Source: Steroidobacteraceae bacterium (lineage in GTDB: Bacteria > Pseudomonadota > Gammaproteobacteria > Steroidobacterales > Steroidobacteraceae). Taken from it: a stretch of DNA of 64,000 nucleotides. The position numbers and the translations under genes are program-made. The notes beneath the pieces were generated by a model. That model was given only the letters and a program-made list of their open reading frames with translations, searched no databases and was not told the DNA's origin. Below are positions 9,166 to 18,087 of the stretch, in pieces. The stretch spans positions 77,487-141,486 of the forward strand of contig DATJVD010000052.1 of assembly GCA_035501955.1 (NCBI GenBank), in the 5' to 3' direction. Numbering within the stretch: the stretch's first letter is position 1; every line of letters starts with the position of its first letter.

Positions 9166-11696
9166 CGCATGTTCTGATACACGGCGCGGGCCGCCGACAG
9201 TTGTTCCATCACGTGCGTCTTCTCGGCCGCATTATTCCAGTCGGGATAGGCCGCCGTAGCCTCGCTCACCCGCTCGATCCAGGCGCTGAAGAAGGCGGCG
9301 TCCTGCGGTGAGCGCGGCCGCGCGCCGGCGATCGTGACGTAGATCGGGCTCGTGGTCGCATACACATACTCATCCAGCACCGGATAGCGCGCACCATCGG
9401 TTGAAGCCGCGAGCACGCACCATCCGGACTGGCCGAGATCCACGGTGCCGGTGAAATCGCCGCTCGCGATCGCCTGCTTGCGCACGAAGGAGCGCATCAC
9501 ACGGCCATTGCAGATGAGATCGAGATGCTCGACCGGCACGATTGACCGCAGACGCGCCTTGAAGGGTACGCGCTTCGCGGCCTGGTCATAACGCAGCTCG
9601 TCGCCGATCTCAGCATTCCCCAACGTGAGCCCGAGCAGCGGCCCGTTGGTTGCAAAGGTACGCCCCTGTTTGATGGCGGCGGCGAACTCGGCAGGGGTGA
9701 GACCTGAAGCGGGCAGGCGCGCATAGACGCGGTTCATGCCCACGGGACCGCGCAGGGAGGCGAAGTTGGCCATGGCGTCCGTGCCCCCCGCCGCGGGAAG
9801 GTGAAAGCCGAGATTCAGCAGGCGATACCAGACCGCCGCGGTGAAGCGATGATCGCTGAAGCCGAGGATCTCCATGTAGTCGACCTTGCCCAGGGCCGCA
9901 TCGACCGGCAGCTCCATGGTGAGCGTCTCCTGGGTTGCATAGGGATGCGGCTCCGTGTCGAAGGGGTGCACGTAGCCGACGAGTCCTCCCTTCGCGTGCG
10001 CGAGATCCGCCACATCGGCGTTCGTCGGATAGAGGCTCGAGGCGGCCGTGTGCGGATAACCCGAATAGCCCGGGAGAATTACACCGCCCTCGAGGTCCAG
10101 CAGCCCGAGATGACCCCAGTAGCTCGTGTGAAACTCTTGACCGTGCACTATGAGCGTATCGGGCAGGGAGGCCGGGTCGAGCAGGAGTCCGTTGTAGGCG
10201 ATGTCCGGGAAGCGTTGCTCCTTGTTGACGATCAGCGACTCGACGACATTCAGATCCTCGGCGCGTGCCTGGACGACGAGGTGCGCCGGTGTGTTGCGAT
10301 AGGCTCCACCGTAGTTCATATGGACATGCACATCGCCGCTCACCCAGCGCCCCGCGGCGGGAACGGTAAGGACACCCTGGTCCATCGACACGGTGAGCTC
10401 GCTCGCTCGACCGCTCGCGACTTGCAGCTCGCGCTGCTCGAGTCGCCGCCCGAAGCCGTGCATGATCTCGATACGTATCGCGCCCACGGGAGCATCGAGC
10501 GTCACATCGCCCAGCGCGGCGAAATAGTGAGCCTCGAACTTGCGCTCCCGCCGGTCGAAGCCGTCATCGGCCTGGATCCACGCATCGGCCGGCGCGTGGA
10601 ACATCCCGGCCGCATCGGTGATGCTGATGCGTGCGGCGGCTGGCTGCCCGCTGCCATCGAGCAACGTGACATGCAGTCGTCCGTGGGGGGCGCGATAGCG
10701 CCGCTCGCCAATGTGCAGCGGCTGAGGCTCACCGCCGGGAATCGGCACGATCTCGATACCGGTATTGCCGCCGCGATTCGCGATGAAGGCGATCCGCGTG
10801 CCATCCGGGGACCAGCGCGGATTGATCTGGTCCCAATCGCCGTAGGTGAGCGCGATCGCATCGCCGCCGCCGCCCGGGATGAGCCACAGATTGTGCCACG
10901 AGCGGCCGGCGTAGGAGGCGTACACCACGCGACTGCCATCGGGCGCGAAGTCCGGGCGCGCGCGCCAGTTAGTCTCCTCGTAGTGAATCTCGTGCGCCGC
11001 CGCACCGGGCTGCGCTGCCATGCGCCACAAGCCGCCCGTGCCGTAGATGTGATTGCGATTGGAGATGTACAGCACCTCCTTGCCATCGCGCGACCACACC
11101 GGGCTGATCTCATGGTCGAAGGGACTGTAGTAGTAGCGCGGCAGAGGGCTGCGGCTCTCGCCCGTCAGCCGCTCGACGTGCGTGAGGCGGCCGGCGGAGA
11201 AGTCGCCCACGAACACGTGGAAGTGCCGGTTGAAGGCCGTCGAGACGAAAAGCAGACGCTTGCCGTCGGGCGAGAAGCGCGGCTCGACGTTGACCGCTGC
11301 ATTCTGCAGCAACGGTTGGGTGCTGCCGCTCGCCGTGTCCAGCACCCACAGCTCGATCGCATCGTTGCGATACGAGCTGTAGACGATCCAGCGGCCGTCG
11401 GCCGACCAGTCGGGCTGGTAGTCATATGCAGTATCTGCCGTCAGCTGCTGCGCGACGCTCGAGCCGATGGCCTGGCGCCACAGGGACCCTGCCATCGAGT
11501 AGACGAGCTCGCGCGAGTCGGGCGACCAAGTGAGGCTGCTCGGCCCGCTCGTGAGCTGCGGCAGATACATTTCGCGATAGTAGTAAGGGTGCGGCAGATC
11601 GATCTGCTGCAGCACCGGCTGGCGCTGCGCGAGGCTTGCCGGACTCGCGGCGCCGAGAGCCATTGCGCTCAGCACACACACCAACGGCTTGCTCAT
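9162..11696 (-). CDS. Secreted TolB-like (PD40) beta-propeller fused to a CehA/McbA (PHP-type) metallohydrolase domain
   Basis: Start reset to MSKPLVCVLSAMALGAASPASLAQ (signal peptide). Repeated PD40-like segments (SPDGKRLLFVS, SRDGKEVLYIS, APDGSRVVYAS, SPDGTRIAFIA). The C-terminal half carries GDVHVHMNYGG, HGQEFHTSYWGH, GYVHPFD and AAGGTDAMANF. The ATG overlaps the upstream permease stop (ATGA), and its own stop overlaps the sulfotransferase ATG (ATGA). Confidence 0.75.
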   Translation of the reverse strand: MSKPLVCVLSAMALGAASPASLAQRQPVLQQIDLPHPYYYREMYLPQLTSGPSSLTWSPDSRELVYSMAGSLWRQAIGSSVAQQLTADTAYDYQPDWSADGRWIVYSSYRNDAIELWVLDTASGSTQPLLQNAAVNVEPRFSPDGKRLLFVSTAFNRHFHVFVGDFSAGRLTHVERLTGESRSPLPRYYYSPFDHEISPVWSRDGKEVLYISNRNHIYGTGGLWRMAAQPGAAAHEIHYEETNWRARPDFAPDGSRVVYASYAGRSWHNLWLIPGGGGDAIALTYGDWDQINPRWSPDGTRIAFIANRGGNTGIEIVPIPGGEPQPLHIGERRYRAPHGRLHVTLLDGSGQPAAARISITDAAGMFHAPADAWIQADDGFDRRERKFEAHYFAALGDVTLDAPVGAIRIEIMHGFGRRLEQRELQVASGRASELTVSMDQGVLTVPAAGRWVSGDVHVHMNYGGAYRNTPAHLVVQARAEDLNVVESLIVNKEQRFPDIAYNGLLLDPASLPDTLIVHGQEFHTSYWGHLGLLDLEGGVILPGYSGYPHTAASSLYPTNADVADLAHAKGGLVGYVHPFDTEPHPYATQETLTMELPVDAALGKVDYMEILGFSDHRFTAAVWYRLLNLGFHLPAAGGTDAMANFASLRGPVGMNRVYARLPASGLTPAEFAAAIKQGRTFATNGPLLGLTLGNAEIGDELRYDQAAKRVPFKARLRSIVPVEHLDLICNGRVMRSFVRKQAIASGDFTGTVDLGQSGWCVLAASTDGARYPVLDEYVYATTSPIYVTIAGARPRSPQDAAFFSAWIERVSEATAAYPDWNNAAEKTHVMEQLSAARAVYQNMR

Positions 11697-13045
11697 GAGA
11701 TCTCCGAGAGCGGCCGGCGGCGACGCCGCACCCAGAACGCACCGCCGTAAACGAGGACGCCCGAAGCGCCGAGTCCCACCGCCCAGCGCAGCGATGCGGT
11801 ATCCGTGCCGATCACGACCCAGAGGCAATAGAGCGTGGCGAGGGCCGCGCCGCCCAGCCATACGAGCTCGCGGGCGCCGGGACGTGCGCGCTCGCCGCGC
11901 TTCCACAGCACGAGCACGGCAAGCGAGCAGGCAACGTAGAGCGGCAGGTTCGCGGCCGTCACCATTTGACTGAAGAAGGTGTAGATCCCGGCGGTCGACT
12001 GAGTGTAATTCGCGAGCAGCATGACGCTTGCGAGCACGCCGGTGAGCAGAAACGCGTAGGTCGGGGCGGCGTGTGAGTTCTCTGCACCGAGCAGAGCAGG
12101 CAGCGTGCCATGCCTAGAAAACGTCTGGGTGAGCTCACCTGTGAGCAGCGTCCAGCCATTCAGGGCACCCAGCGCACTGATCACGACGCAGACTGCCAGT
12201 AAGCGCCCGTACTGCGGGCCGACGTAGTGCGCGATCAGGTCCGCGAACGGCGCGCTCGATGTGGCCAGCTCCGCCTGCGGAACGAGCAGGATGGGGATGG
12301 CCGAGATACATAGGTAGATGAATGCGGTGATGAGCGTCCCGGCGAGAGTGGAGCGTGGAATGGTGCGCCCGGGATCGCGGACTCGCGCCGCCGGGATCGT
12401 CGCGCATTCGATACCGAGCATCGCGTAGAGCGCCGTGGTGGAGGCGAGCAGCAGGTCGTGCACCGAGAACGGATTCGGCGGCACGTGGGCCACGTACGCC
12501 GCGGGGCGCTTGTAAAGAAGCCACACACCGAACCAGATGACGGCGGCTTGCGGCACGAGCTTGAGCGCGGTCATCACCAGCTGGATTCCTCCCGCCGCGC
12601 GGACGCCGAACAGATTGATGAGCACGAAGAACCATACGAGCGAGAGCGCCGTGACCGAGGGCAGCCACGGCACCGTCGCGAGCGCGGGAACGAGTGGCAT
12701 CAGGTAGCCGACGGCCCCGATCGCGAGAAACGCATTTGTCAGCCAGCACGAGATCCAGTAGCACCACAGGACGGCGAACGCCGCCGCCGGTCCGAAAGCC
12801 CGGTGGGTATAGGCATATGGCCCATCGTCCTGCGGGAAGCTGCGCGCCAGCCCCGAGAACACCACCGCCAGAAAGCAGCAGCCCACGGTCGTAACCAGCC
12901 AGGCCCAGAGCGCGTTCAGGCCCTGCGGCGCAAGCGAGGCCGGCAGCACGAAGATGCCTATGCCGATCGTGTTGCCGATCACCAGCGCGGTGCAGGTCCA
13001 GAAGCCGAGTTCCCTGGGCTCTTGGGTGGCGCTGTGCATGGGCAA
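11693..13045 (-). CDS. APC-superfamily amino acid/polyamine permease (antiporter-like)
   Basis: 450 aa with about 12 predicted TM segments. N-terminus LGFWTCTALVIGNTIGIGIFVLPASLA is typical of the APC family. Confidence 0.85.
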   Translation of the reverse strand: MPMHSATQEPRELGFWTCTALVIGNTIGIGIFVLPASLAPQGLNALWAWLVTTVGCCFLAVVFSGLARSFPQDDGPYAYTHRAFGPAAAFAVLWCYWISCWLTNAFLAIGAVGYLMPLVPALATVPWLPSVTALSLVWFFVLINLFGVRAAGGIQLVMTALKLVPQAAVIWFGVWLLYKRPAAYVAHVPPNPFSVHDLLLASTTALYAMLGIECATIPAARVRDPGRTIPRSTLAGTLITAFIYLCISAIPILLVPQAELATSSAPFADLIAHYVGPQYGRLLAVCVVISALGALNGWTLLTGELTQTFSRHGTLPALLGAENSHAAPTYAFLLTGVLASVMLLANYTQSTAGIYTFFSQMVTAANLPLYVACSLAVLVLWKRGERARPGARELVWLGGAALATLYCLWVVIGTDTASLRWAVGLGASGVLVYGGAFWVRRRRRPLSEIS

Positions 13046-13050
13046 GTCGC

Positions 13051-14376
13051 TCAGCCGGGAGCGAGCGCTTCTTGCAGCGCGACTTCGATCAGCGTCATGG
13101 CCTCATCGACGTGTGCGCGGGAGATCATGAGCGGCGGGATGAACCGCACGGTGCTCAGGCCGCAGGAGAGCAGCAGCAACCCCTGGTGGAATGCGCGCGT
13201 CAGCAACCGCTCGGCGAGCCACCCGGCGGGCTTGCGGCTCGCTCGATCCTCGACCAGCTCCATGGCGAGCATGAGACCCTTGCCGCGCACTTCACCGATG
13301 CAATCGAAACGGCTCTGGAGCTCGTGCAGACGTCCTTTGAAATACTCCCCGACGCTTGCGGCGTTGGCGGCGTACTCGCGCTCGACGAGATCGAGCGTAG
13401 CCAGTGCGGCCGCACAACAGAGCGGATTGCCTCCGAAGGTGTTGCCGTGTGCGCCGCGCGGCCACTTCTGCATGTGCCGCCGGCACGCCACGACGAGCCC
13501 GATCGGCAGGCCGGAACCGAGACCCTTCGCCAGGGTCATGATGTCTGCGGATACTCCGGAGTGCTGCGCGGCGAACATGCGGCCCGTGCGCCCGATGCCC
13601 GACTGCACCTCATCGAGCACCAGCAGCATGCCGTGGCGGTCGCACAGGCTGCGCAGCCCGGCAAGAAAACCATCGGGAGGCACGATGTAGCCGCCTTCAC
13701 CCTGAATGGGCTCGACCACGATGGCGGCCACTTCGCTCGGCGGCACGTTGCTGACGAACAGGACGTTCTCGATGTACTCGAGCACCGCCCTGCCCTGATC
13801 CGCTCCGGAGAAGAGGGGCCGGTACGGGTTGGGATAGGGCACGTGCGTCACGCCCGGCATGGGGGGAAAGAAGCCCTTCTGCTGGGTGTACTTGCTGGCC
13901 GTGAAGGCGAGCGAGCCCATGGTGCGGCCGTGAAAGCCGCCCAGGAAGCCGATGAATCGCGGGCGACCGGTCACGTAGCGCGCGAGCTTCACCGCGCCCT
14001 CGACCGCCTCGGTGCCGCTCTGACAGACGAGAACCTGCACCGGCTCGCTCATGGGGGCGAGCGCGTTGATCTTCTCTCCGAGACGTGTCATCCGCTCGTG
14101 CCAGAAATCGCTCGAGATGTGCAGGAAGTCATCGGCGGCGGCCTTGATCGCCTGCACGACAGCGGGGTGCGCATGTCCGGTGCTGCACACGGCGATCCCC
14201 GCGGCGAAATCCAGAAACCGATTGCCGTCGACGTCCCACACTTCGGCGCCGCGGCCGCGCGCCATGACGAACGGATAGTCCCGCGGATACGAGGGAGTCG
14301 TCACTAAACGATCGCGCTCGATGAGTGCCTGCGCTTTGGGGCCGGGGAGCGGCGTACGAATATGGGGCGAAGACAT
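13051..14376 (-). CDS. Class-III (omega) aminotransferase, 4-aminobutyrate aminotransferase-like
   Basis: Start reset to MSSPHIRTPLPGPKAQALIERD. Motifs FLDFAAGIAVCSTGHAHP, VLDEVQSGIGRTG and PLP-lysine region DIMTLAKGLGSGLPIG. Confidence 0.85.
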   Translation of the reverse strand: MSSPHIRTPLPGPKAQALIERDRLVTTPSYPRDYPFVMARGRGAEVWDVDGNRFLDFAAGIAVCSTGHAHPAVVQAIKAAADDFLHISSDFWHERMTRLGEKINALAPMSEPVQVLVCQSGTEAVEGAVKLARYVTGRPRFIGFLGGFHGRTMGSLAFTASKYTQQKGFFPPMPGVTHVPYPNPYRPLFSGADQGRAVLEYIENVLFVSNVPPSEVAAIVVEPIQGEGGYIVPPDGFLAGLRSLCDRHGMLLVLDEVQSGIGRTGRMFAAQHSGVSADIMTLAKGLGSGLPIGLVVACRRHMQKWPRGAHGNTFGGNPLCCAAALATLDLVEREYAANAASVGEYFKGRLHELQSRFDCIGEVRGKGLMLAMELVEDRASRKPAGWLAERLLTRAFHQGLLLLSCGLSTVRFIPPLMISRAHVDEAMTLIEVALQEALAPG

Positions 14377-14399
14377 GTGTGTCCCTCGGCGCCGCGTGC

Positions 14400-15968
14400 T
14401 CACTCGACCACGGTCTGAGACTGCTCGCGCAAGTATTGCGGCAGATAGTAGAAGGAGGCGATGGCCTTGCCGGTGCTGCCCGAACCCTTCCAGCCGCCGA
14501 ATGGCTGATAGCCGGGCCATGCGCCTGTCGTGGCGCCCTGCGGGCGGTTCGCGTACGTCACACCCGCCTCGATGTGCTCCTGGAACCAGGCCACCTCGGC
14601 AGGCGCACCGTAGAAGCCGGCGGTGAGGCCGAGGCGCGACTCGTTGGCGAGTTGCATCGCCACGTCGCGCGATGCGACCCGATGCACCATCAGGATCGGC
14701 AGGAACATCTCCTTCTGCCACAGTGAATGCTCGAGGGGCGCCTCTGCAACGATGGGGCGCACGAAGAAGCCGCGCGCGAGATTGCCGCCGCGCAGCTGCT
14801 CCCCACGATTCAAGGTCCGCGCCCCCTGAGTCTTCAGCAGGTCAGCATAGCGCGCGTAGCTGTCGTAAGCAGAGCGGGTGGTCACCGGTCCCAGCCAATT
14901 CTCGCGACGTGCCGGATCGCCGATGCTGAGCGCGGCCGTCTGGCTCAGAATGCGCTCCAGGAGCGGATCGGCCACGTCGCGTTGCACGTACAGGCGCGAG
15001 AGCGCCGAGCATTTCTGACCGCCCATGCCGAACGCGGAGCGCACGATGCCCGTGGCCGCGCGCTCCAAGTCTGCAGCAGCGGTGACGATGCAAGCATTCT
15101 TGCCGCCCATCTCCGCAATGTACGGTCGCGGCGGAGTCCCCGACTGCAAAGTGCGTCCAATGTGGGTCCCCGCCTCGTAAGAGCCCGTAAAAGTCACACC
15201 TGCCGTGAGCGGATGCTCGATCAGCGCCGGACCAATCACATCGGCCGGACCGTTGAGATAGTTGAACACACCCGGCGGCAGCTCGGCATCGCGCAAACAG
15301 TCCGCGAGCAGGCGACCCGCCCAGGGTGTCGCACTCGCGCACTTCAGCACCGCGGTGTTTCCCGTCACCAGCGCGGCCGCCACCGGTCCGCCGGCGAGCG
15401 CGAAGGGGAAGTTGAACGGGTTGATCACGACCCACGGACCGTAGGGCTTCATCACGCTGCGATTGCGCGAGACGTAGCCGCTGACTGGGTCCTCGGGAAG
15501 CGGCCGGTCGAACCCGCCGCTCTTCTCGAAATCATCGCAGTACAGTTGAAAGAAGTCCGCGGTCTCCTGCGCCTCACCGAGCGCCTCCATGCGGTTCTTT
15601 CCCACTTCGAGCGTCAGCGCGGCCGCGATGTCGAACACCCGCTCGGCGATGATCTCCCCCGCACGCCGCAGCATCCGCATGCGTGTGGCGGGCGCGGTCT
15701 GCTTCCATCTCTGCCAGGCGCGCTGGGCAGCCTGCAGCGCCTCCTCCGCATCGCGCGCGCTCGCCGTGGCGAACTCACCCAGCAGCTGCTCCTGATCGGC
15801 CGGATTGCGTCCCGGCACGGTCTGCCCGGTGAGCCGGTCCTCACCCGCGATATGCAGTGCGTGTGTGGCACCGAGCCTTGTACCCAGGCGACTCATCGCC
15901 GCATCAAAGCGCGCATGCAGCTCAGGCGGAGGATCGAACATCGTCGAGTAGGTGAGCTTGAATGTCAT
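14400..15968 (-). CDS. Aldehyde dehydrogenase family protein (P5C / semialdehyde dehydrogenase-like)
   Basis: 522 aa with catalytic Glu region IAEMGGKNACIV and catalytic Cys region FGMGGQKCSALSRLYV. Confidence 0.85.
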   Translation of the reverse strand: MTFKLTYSTMFDPPPELHARFDAAMSRLGTRLGATHALHIAGEDRLTGQTVPGRNPADQEQLLGEFATASARDAEEALQAAQRAWQRWKQTAPATRMRMLRRAGEIIAERVFDIAAALTLEVGKNRMEALGEAQETADFFQLYCDDFEKSGGFDRPLPEDPVSGYVSRNRSVMKPYGPWVVINPFNFPFALAGGPVAAALVTGNTAVLKCASATPWAGRLLADCLRDAELPPGVFNYLNGPADVIGPALIEHPLTAGVTFTGSYEAGTHIGRTLQSGTPPRPYIAEMGGKNACIVTAAADLERAATGIVRSAFGMGGQKCSALSRLYVQRDVADPLLERILSQTAALSIGDPARRENWLGPVTTRSAYDSYARYADLLKTQGARTLNRGEQLRGGNLARGFFVRPIVAEAPLEHSLWQKEMFLPILMVHRVASRDVAMQLANESRLGLTAGFYGAPAEVAWFQEHIEAGVTYANRPQGATTGAWPGYQPFGGWKGSGSTGKAIASFYYLPQYLREQSQTVVE

Positions 15969-15999
15969 GGGTATCCCCTCATGGAGCCGCGTGATGCCC

Positions 16000-18075
16000 T
16001 CATGGGGCCGCGAGCGGCAGCTCGCGCGGCACGACCTCGACCGAGGGCGCCTCGAGCTCGCGCGCGAACTTGTGTCCCGAGTAGACGGCTGCCTGGATCG
16101 TGCCGGGTGCGTAGCAATCGCCGATGCGCGTTACGCTCGCGACGCCCGCTGCGCTCAGCCGCTCGGGTGCCGCGGTGAGCGAGTCGTAGAGCGAGTCGAT
16201 CGGCAAGCGGGCGGTGACGCTGATGAGGGAACGCGCCTCGCGCTCGGTGCGCACACCGGTCAGCTCGTTCACCAGCGTGAGCCGCGACTCGCTGAAGCCA
16301 TTGATATTGGTGTGCGGGACCACCTCGACACCGAGGCGCGCCAGGCGCTGCGCAATGGGGAGTGCCTCCAGGGTGTTGGCCGTCCATGCTGAGGGAATGG
16401 GCGCAGGCGTGACCAGCGTCACGGCCAGGCCGATACCCACGCACCACTCCGCCAGCACGCCGCCCATGTAGTAGTGGTCGTCATCGAAGATGACGACCGG
16501 CCCCTCCGGGCGGCGACCCTCCATGATGTCATCGGGTGTGAAGACAGGCGCATTCGCAAAACCCGCGATCGGCTCACCGTTCGCTCTGCCGACGCCGTCG
16601 CGGCGCCACAGCGCGCCCGTAGCGAGCGCGACGTAGCGTGCTCCGAACTCAAGAATGGTCGCCGCGTCCACCGCGCTGTCGCGATAGATGTGAACGTTCG
16701 AGCGCTTCTCGAGCTGTCCGACACGCCAGTCGCGCACCCGTATCCATTCGCGCAGGCCGGGTAGCGCGGCCTCATGGCGCACGCGTCCTCCGAGCTCCGT
16801 CGAGGCCTCGGCAAGGTGGACTTCATAGCCGCGCTGCGCGGCGGCGAGGGCCGCCTCCAGTCCCGCGGGACCCGCGCCCACGACCAGGATGGTGCTGGTG
16901 GAGGCGCGCGGTGCGATGCGCTCGGGGTGCCAGCCACGGCGCCATTCCTCGCCGACCGTGGGGTTCTGCGTACAGCGCAGGTTCGAGCTCGTGTAATCGC
17001 TCGTCACGCAGATGTTGCAGCCGATGCACTCGCGGATGTCCTCGGGCCGGCCCTCCAGCAGCTTGCGCGGCAGAAAGGGATCCGCGATCGAGGGCCGCGC
17101 GGCACCGATGAAATCGAGCACCCCGCGGCGCACTTGACTCACCATCGTATCCGGCGAAGTGAAGCGGCCGACGCCTACCACGGGCTTGCTGGTGAGCGAT
17201 TTGACGCAGCGGACGTATTCCTCCTGGTAGCCCTCCTTGGCGAAGCGCGATGTCTGGCTGTCGTTGACCCAGTCAGCGACGTTGATGTCCCAAAGATCGG
17301 GCAACTCCGCGAGCATCGCGATGATCTCGCGCCCCTCGCCTGCGCTCGTGATGCCGTCCGGGCCGAGCAGCTCATCGACGGCGAGCCGCACCGCCACCGC
17401 ACAGCGATCGCCCACCGCCTCCTTCGTGTCCTCGATCAACTCGCGCAGCAGGCGCACGCGGTTCACGAGGCTACCGCCGTACTCGTCGCGACGCGCGTTC
17501 CTGCGGCGCTCCAGAAAGTGCATCGCGAGACTCAGATCGTGGCTGGCGTAGACGTAGACGATGTCGAAGCCCGCGCGGCGCGAGCGCAGCGCGGCCTCGC
17601 GATGCCAGCGCCGATAGGCGCGAATGTCCTGCTTGTCCATCGCGCGCGCCTGCACGGGCGCGAAGGTCGTCACCGGGCGGTGTGAAGGTGCGAGCGGGAT
17701 CTCGCGCGTGGCGTGATTGGCGCTCGCGGGCCCGTGGTGCATGATCTCGATCGCAGCCAGCGCGCCGTGCTCGTGCACCTTGTCCGCCATGAGGGCGAGC
17801 GCCGGCAGATCCTCCTCCGACCACAGTCGACCCTCGTGGAACGGCTCACAGTCGCTCGTCGGGTGGATCTCCACTTCCTCGGTGCTCACCACGGCCCAGC
17901 CGCCTTCGGCCTTCACGCCGCGCAGCGCGGCGAGCGCGCGCGGCTGCGTCCAGCCCATGCCATTGCAATGCGGCACCTGATAGAAGCGATTCTTCGCCAC
18001 GAGCGGTCCGATGCGCACCGGCTCGAACAGCACGTCGTAGCGCGGATCCCGGGCGAGATTGCGACCCTCGGTCAT
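16000..18075 (-). CDS. Trimethylamine / dimethylamine / histamine dehydrogenase-family amine dehydrogenase (FMN + 4Fe-4S + ADP-binding domain)
   Basis: 691 aa with ARDPRYDVLFEPVRIGPLVAKNRFYQVPHCNGMG (Cys at the position of the 6-S-cysteinyl-FMN Cys), RPSIADPFLPRK, Fe-S motif CIGCNICV...CTQNPTVGEEWRRGWHPE, and then ILVVGAGPAGLEAA. Confidence 0.85.
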   Translation of the reverse strand: MTEGRNLARDPRYDVLFEPVRIGPLVAKNRFYQVPHCNGMGWTQPRALAALRGVKAEGGWAVVSTEEVEIHPTSDCEPFHEGRLWSEEDLPALALMADKVHEHGALAAIEIMHHGPASANHATREIPLAPSHRPVTTFAPVQARAMDKQDIRAYRRWHREAALRSRRAGFDIVYVYASHDLSLAMHFLERRRNARRDEYGGSLVNRVRLLRELIEDTKEAVGDRCAVAVRLAVDELLGPDGITSAGEGREIIAMLAELPDLWDINVADWVNDSQTSRFAKEGYQEEYVRCVKSLTSKPVVGVGRFTSPDTMVSQVRRGVLDFIGAARPSIADPFLPRKLLEGRPEDIRECIGCNICVTSDYTSSNLRCTQNPTVGEEWRRGWHPERIAPRASTSTILVVGAGPAGLEAALAAAQRGYEVHLAEASTELGGRVRHEAALPGLREWIRVRDWRVGQLEKRSNVHIYRDSAVDAATILEFGARYVALATGALWRRDGVGRANGEPIAGFANAPVFTPDDIMEGRRPEGPVVIFDDDHYYMGGVLAEWCVGIGLAVTLVTPAPIPSAWTANTLEALPIAQRLARLGVEVVPHTNINGFSESRLTLVNELTGVRTEREARSLISVTARLPIDSLYDSLTAAPERLSAAGVASVTRIGDCYAPGTIQAAVYSGHKFARELEAPSVEVVPRELPLAAP

Positions 18076-18087
18076 CGGACGTGCTCG

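Noticed and set aside
9801-11750. 649-aa plus-strand ORF opposite the propeller-PHP gene
   Set aside because: It is antisense to a gene with clear PD40 and PHP motifs. Its product is Arg/Asp/Ala-rich low-complexity sequence with no family signature.
14727-16178. 483-aa plus-strand ORF. Similar long antisense ORFs occur at 1858..3282, 4724..5857, 7720..8853, 12458..13690, 13072..14307, 16774..17685, 17713..18993, 19747..20779, 20325..21815, 39307..40350, 46964..47887, 55597..56478 and 63039..63932.
   Set aside because: All of them lie opposite ORFs with strong family motifs. They have the Arg/Ala/Gly/Pro-dominated composition expected for the reverse complement of GC3-rich coding DNA.
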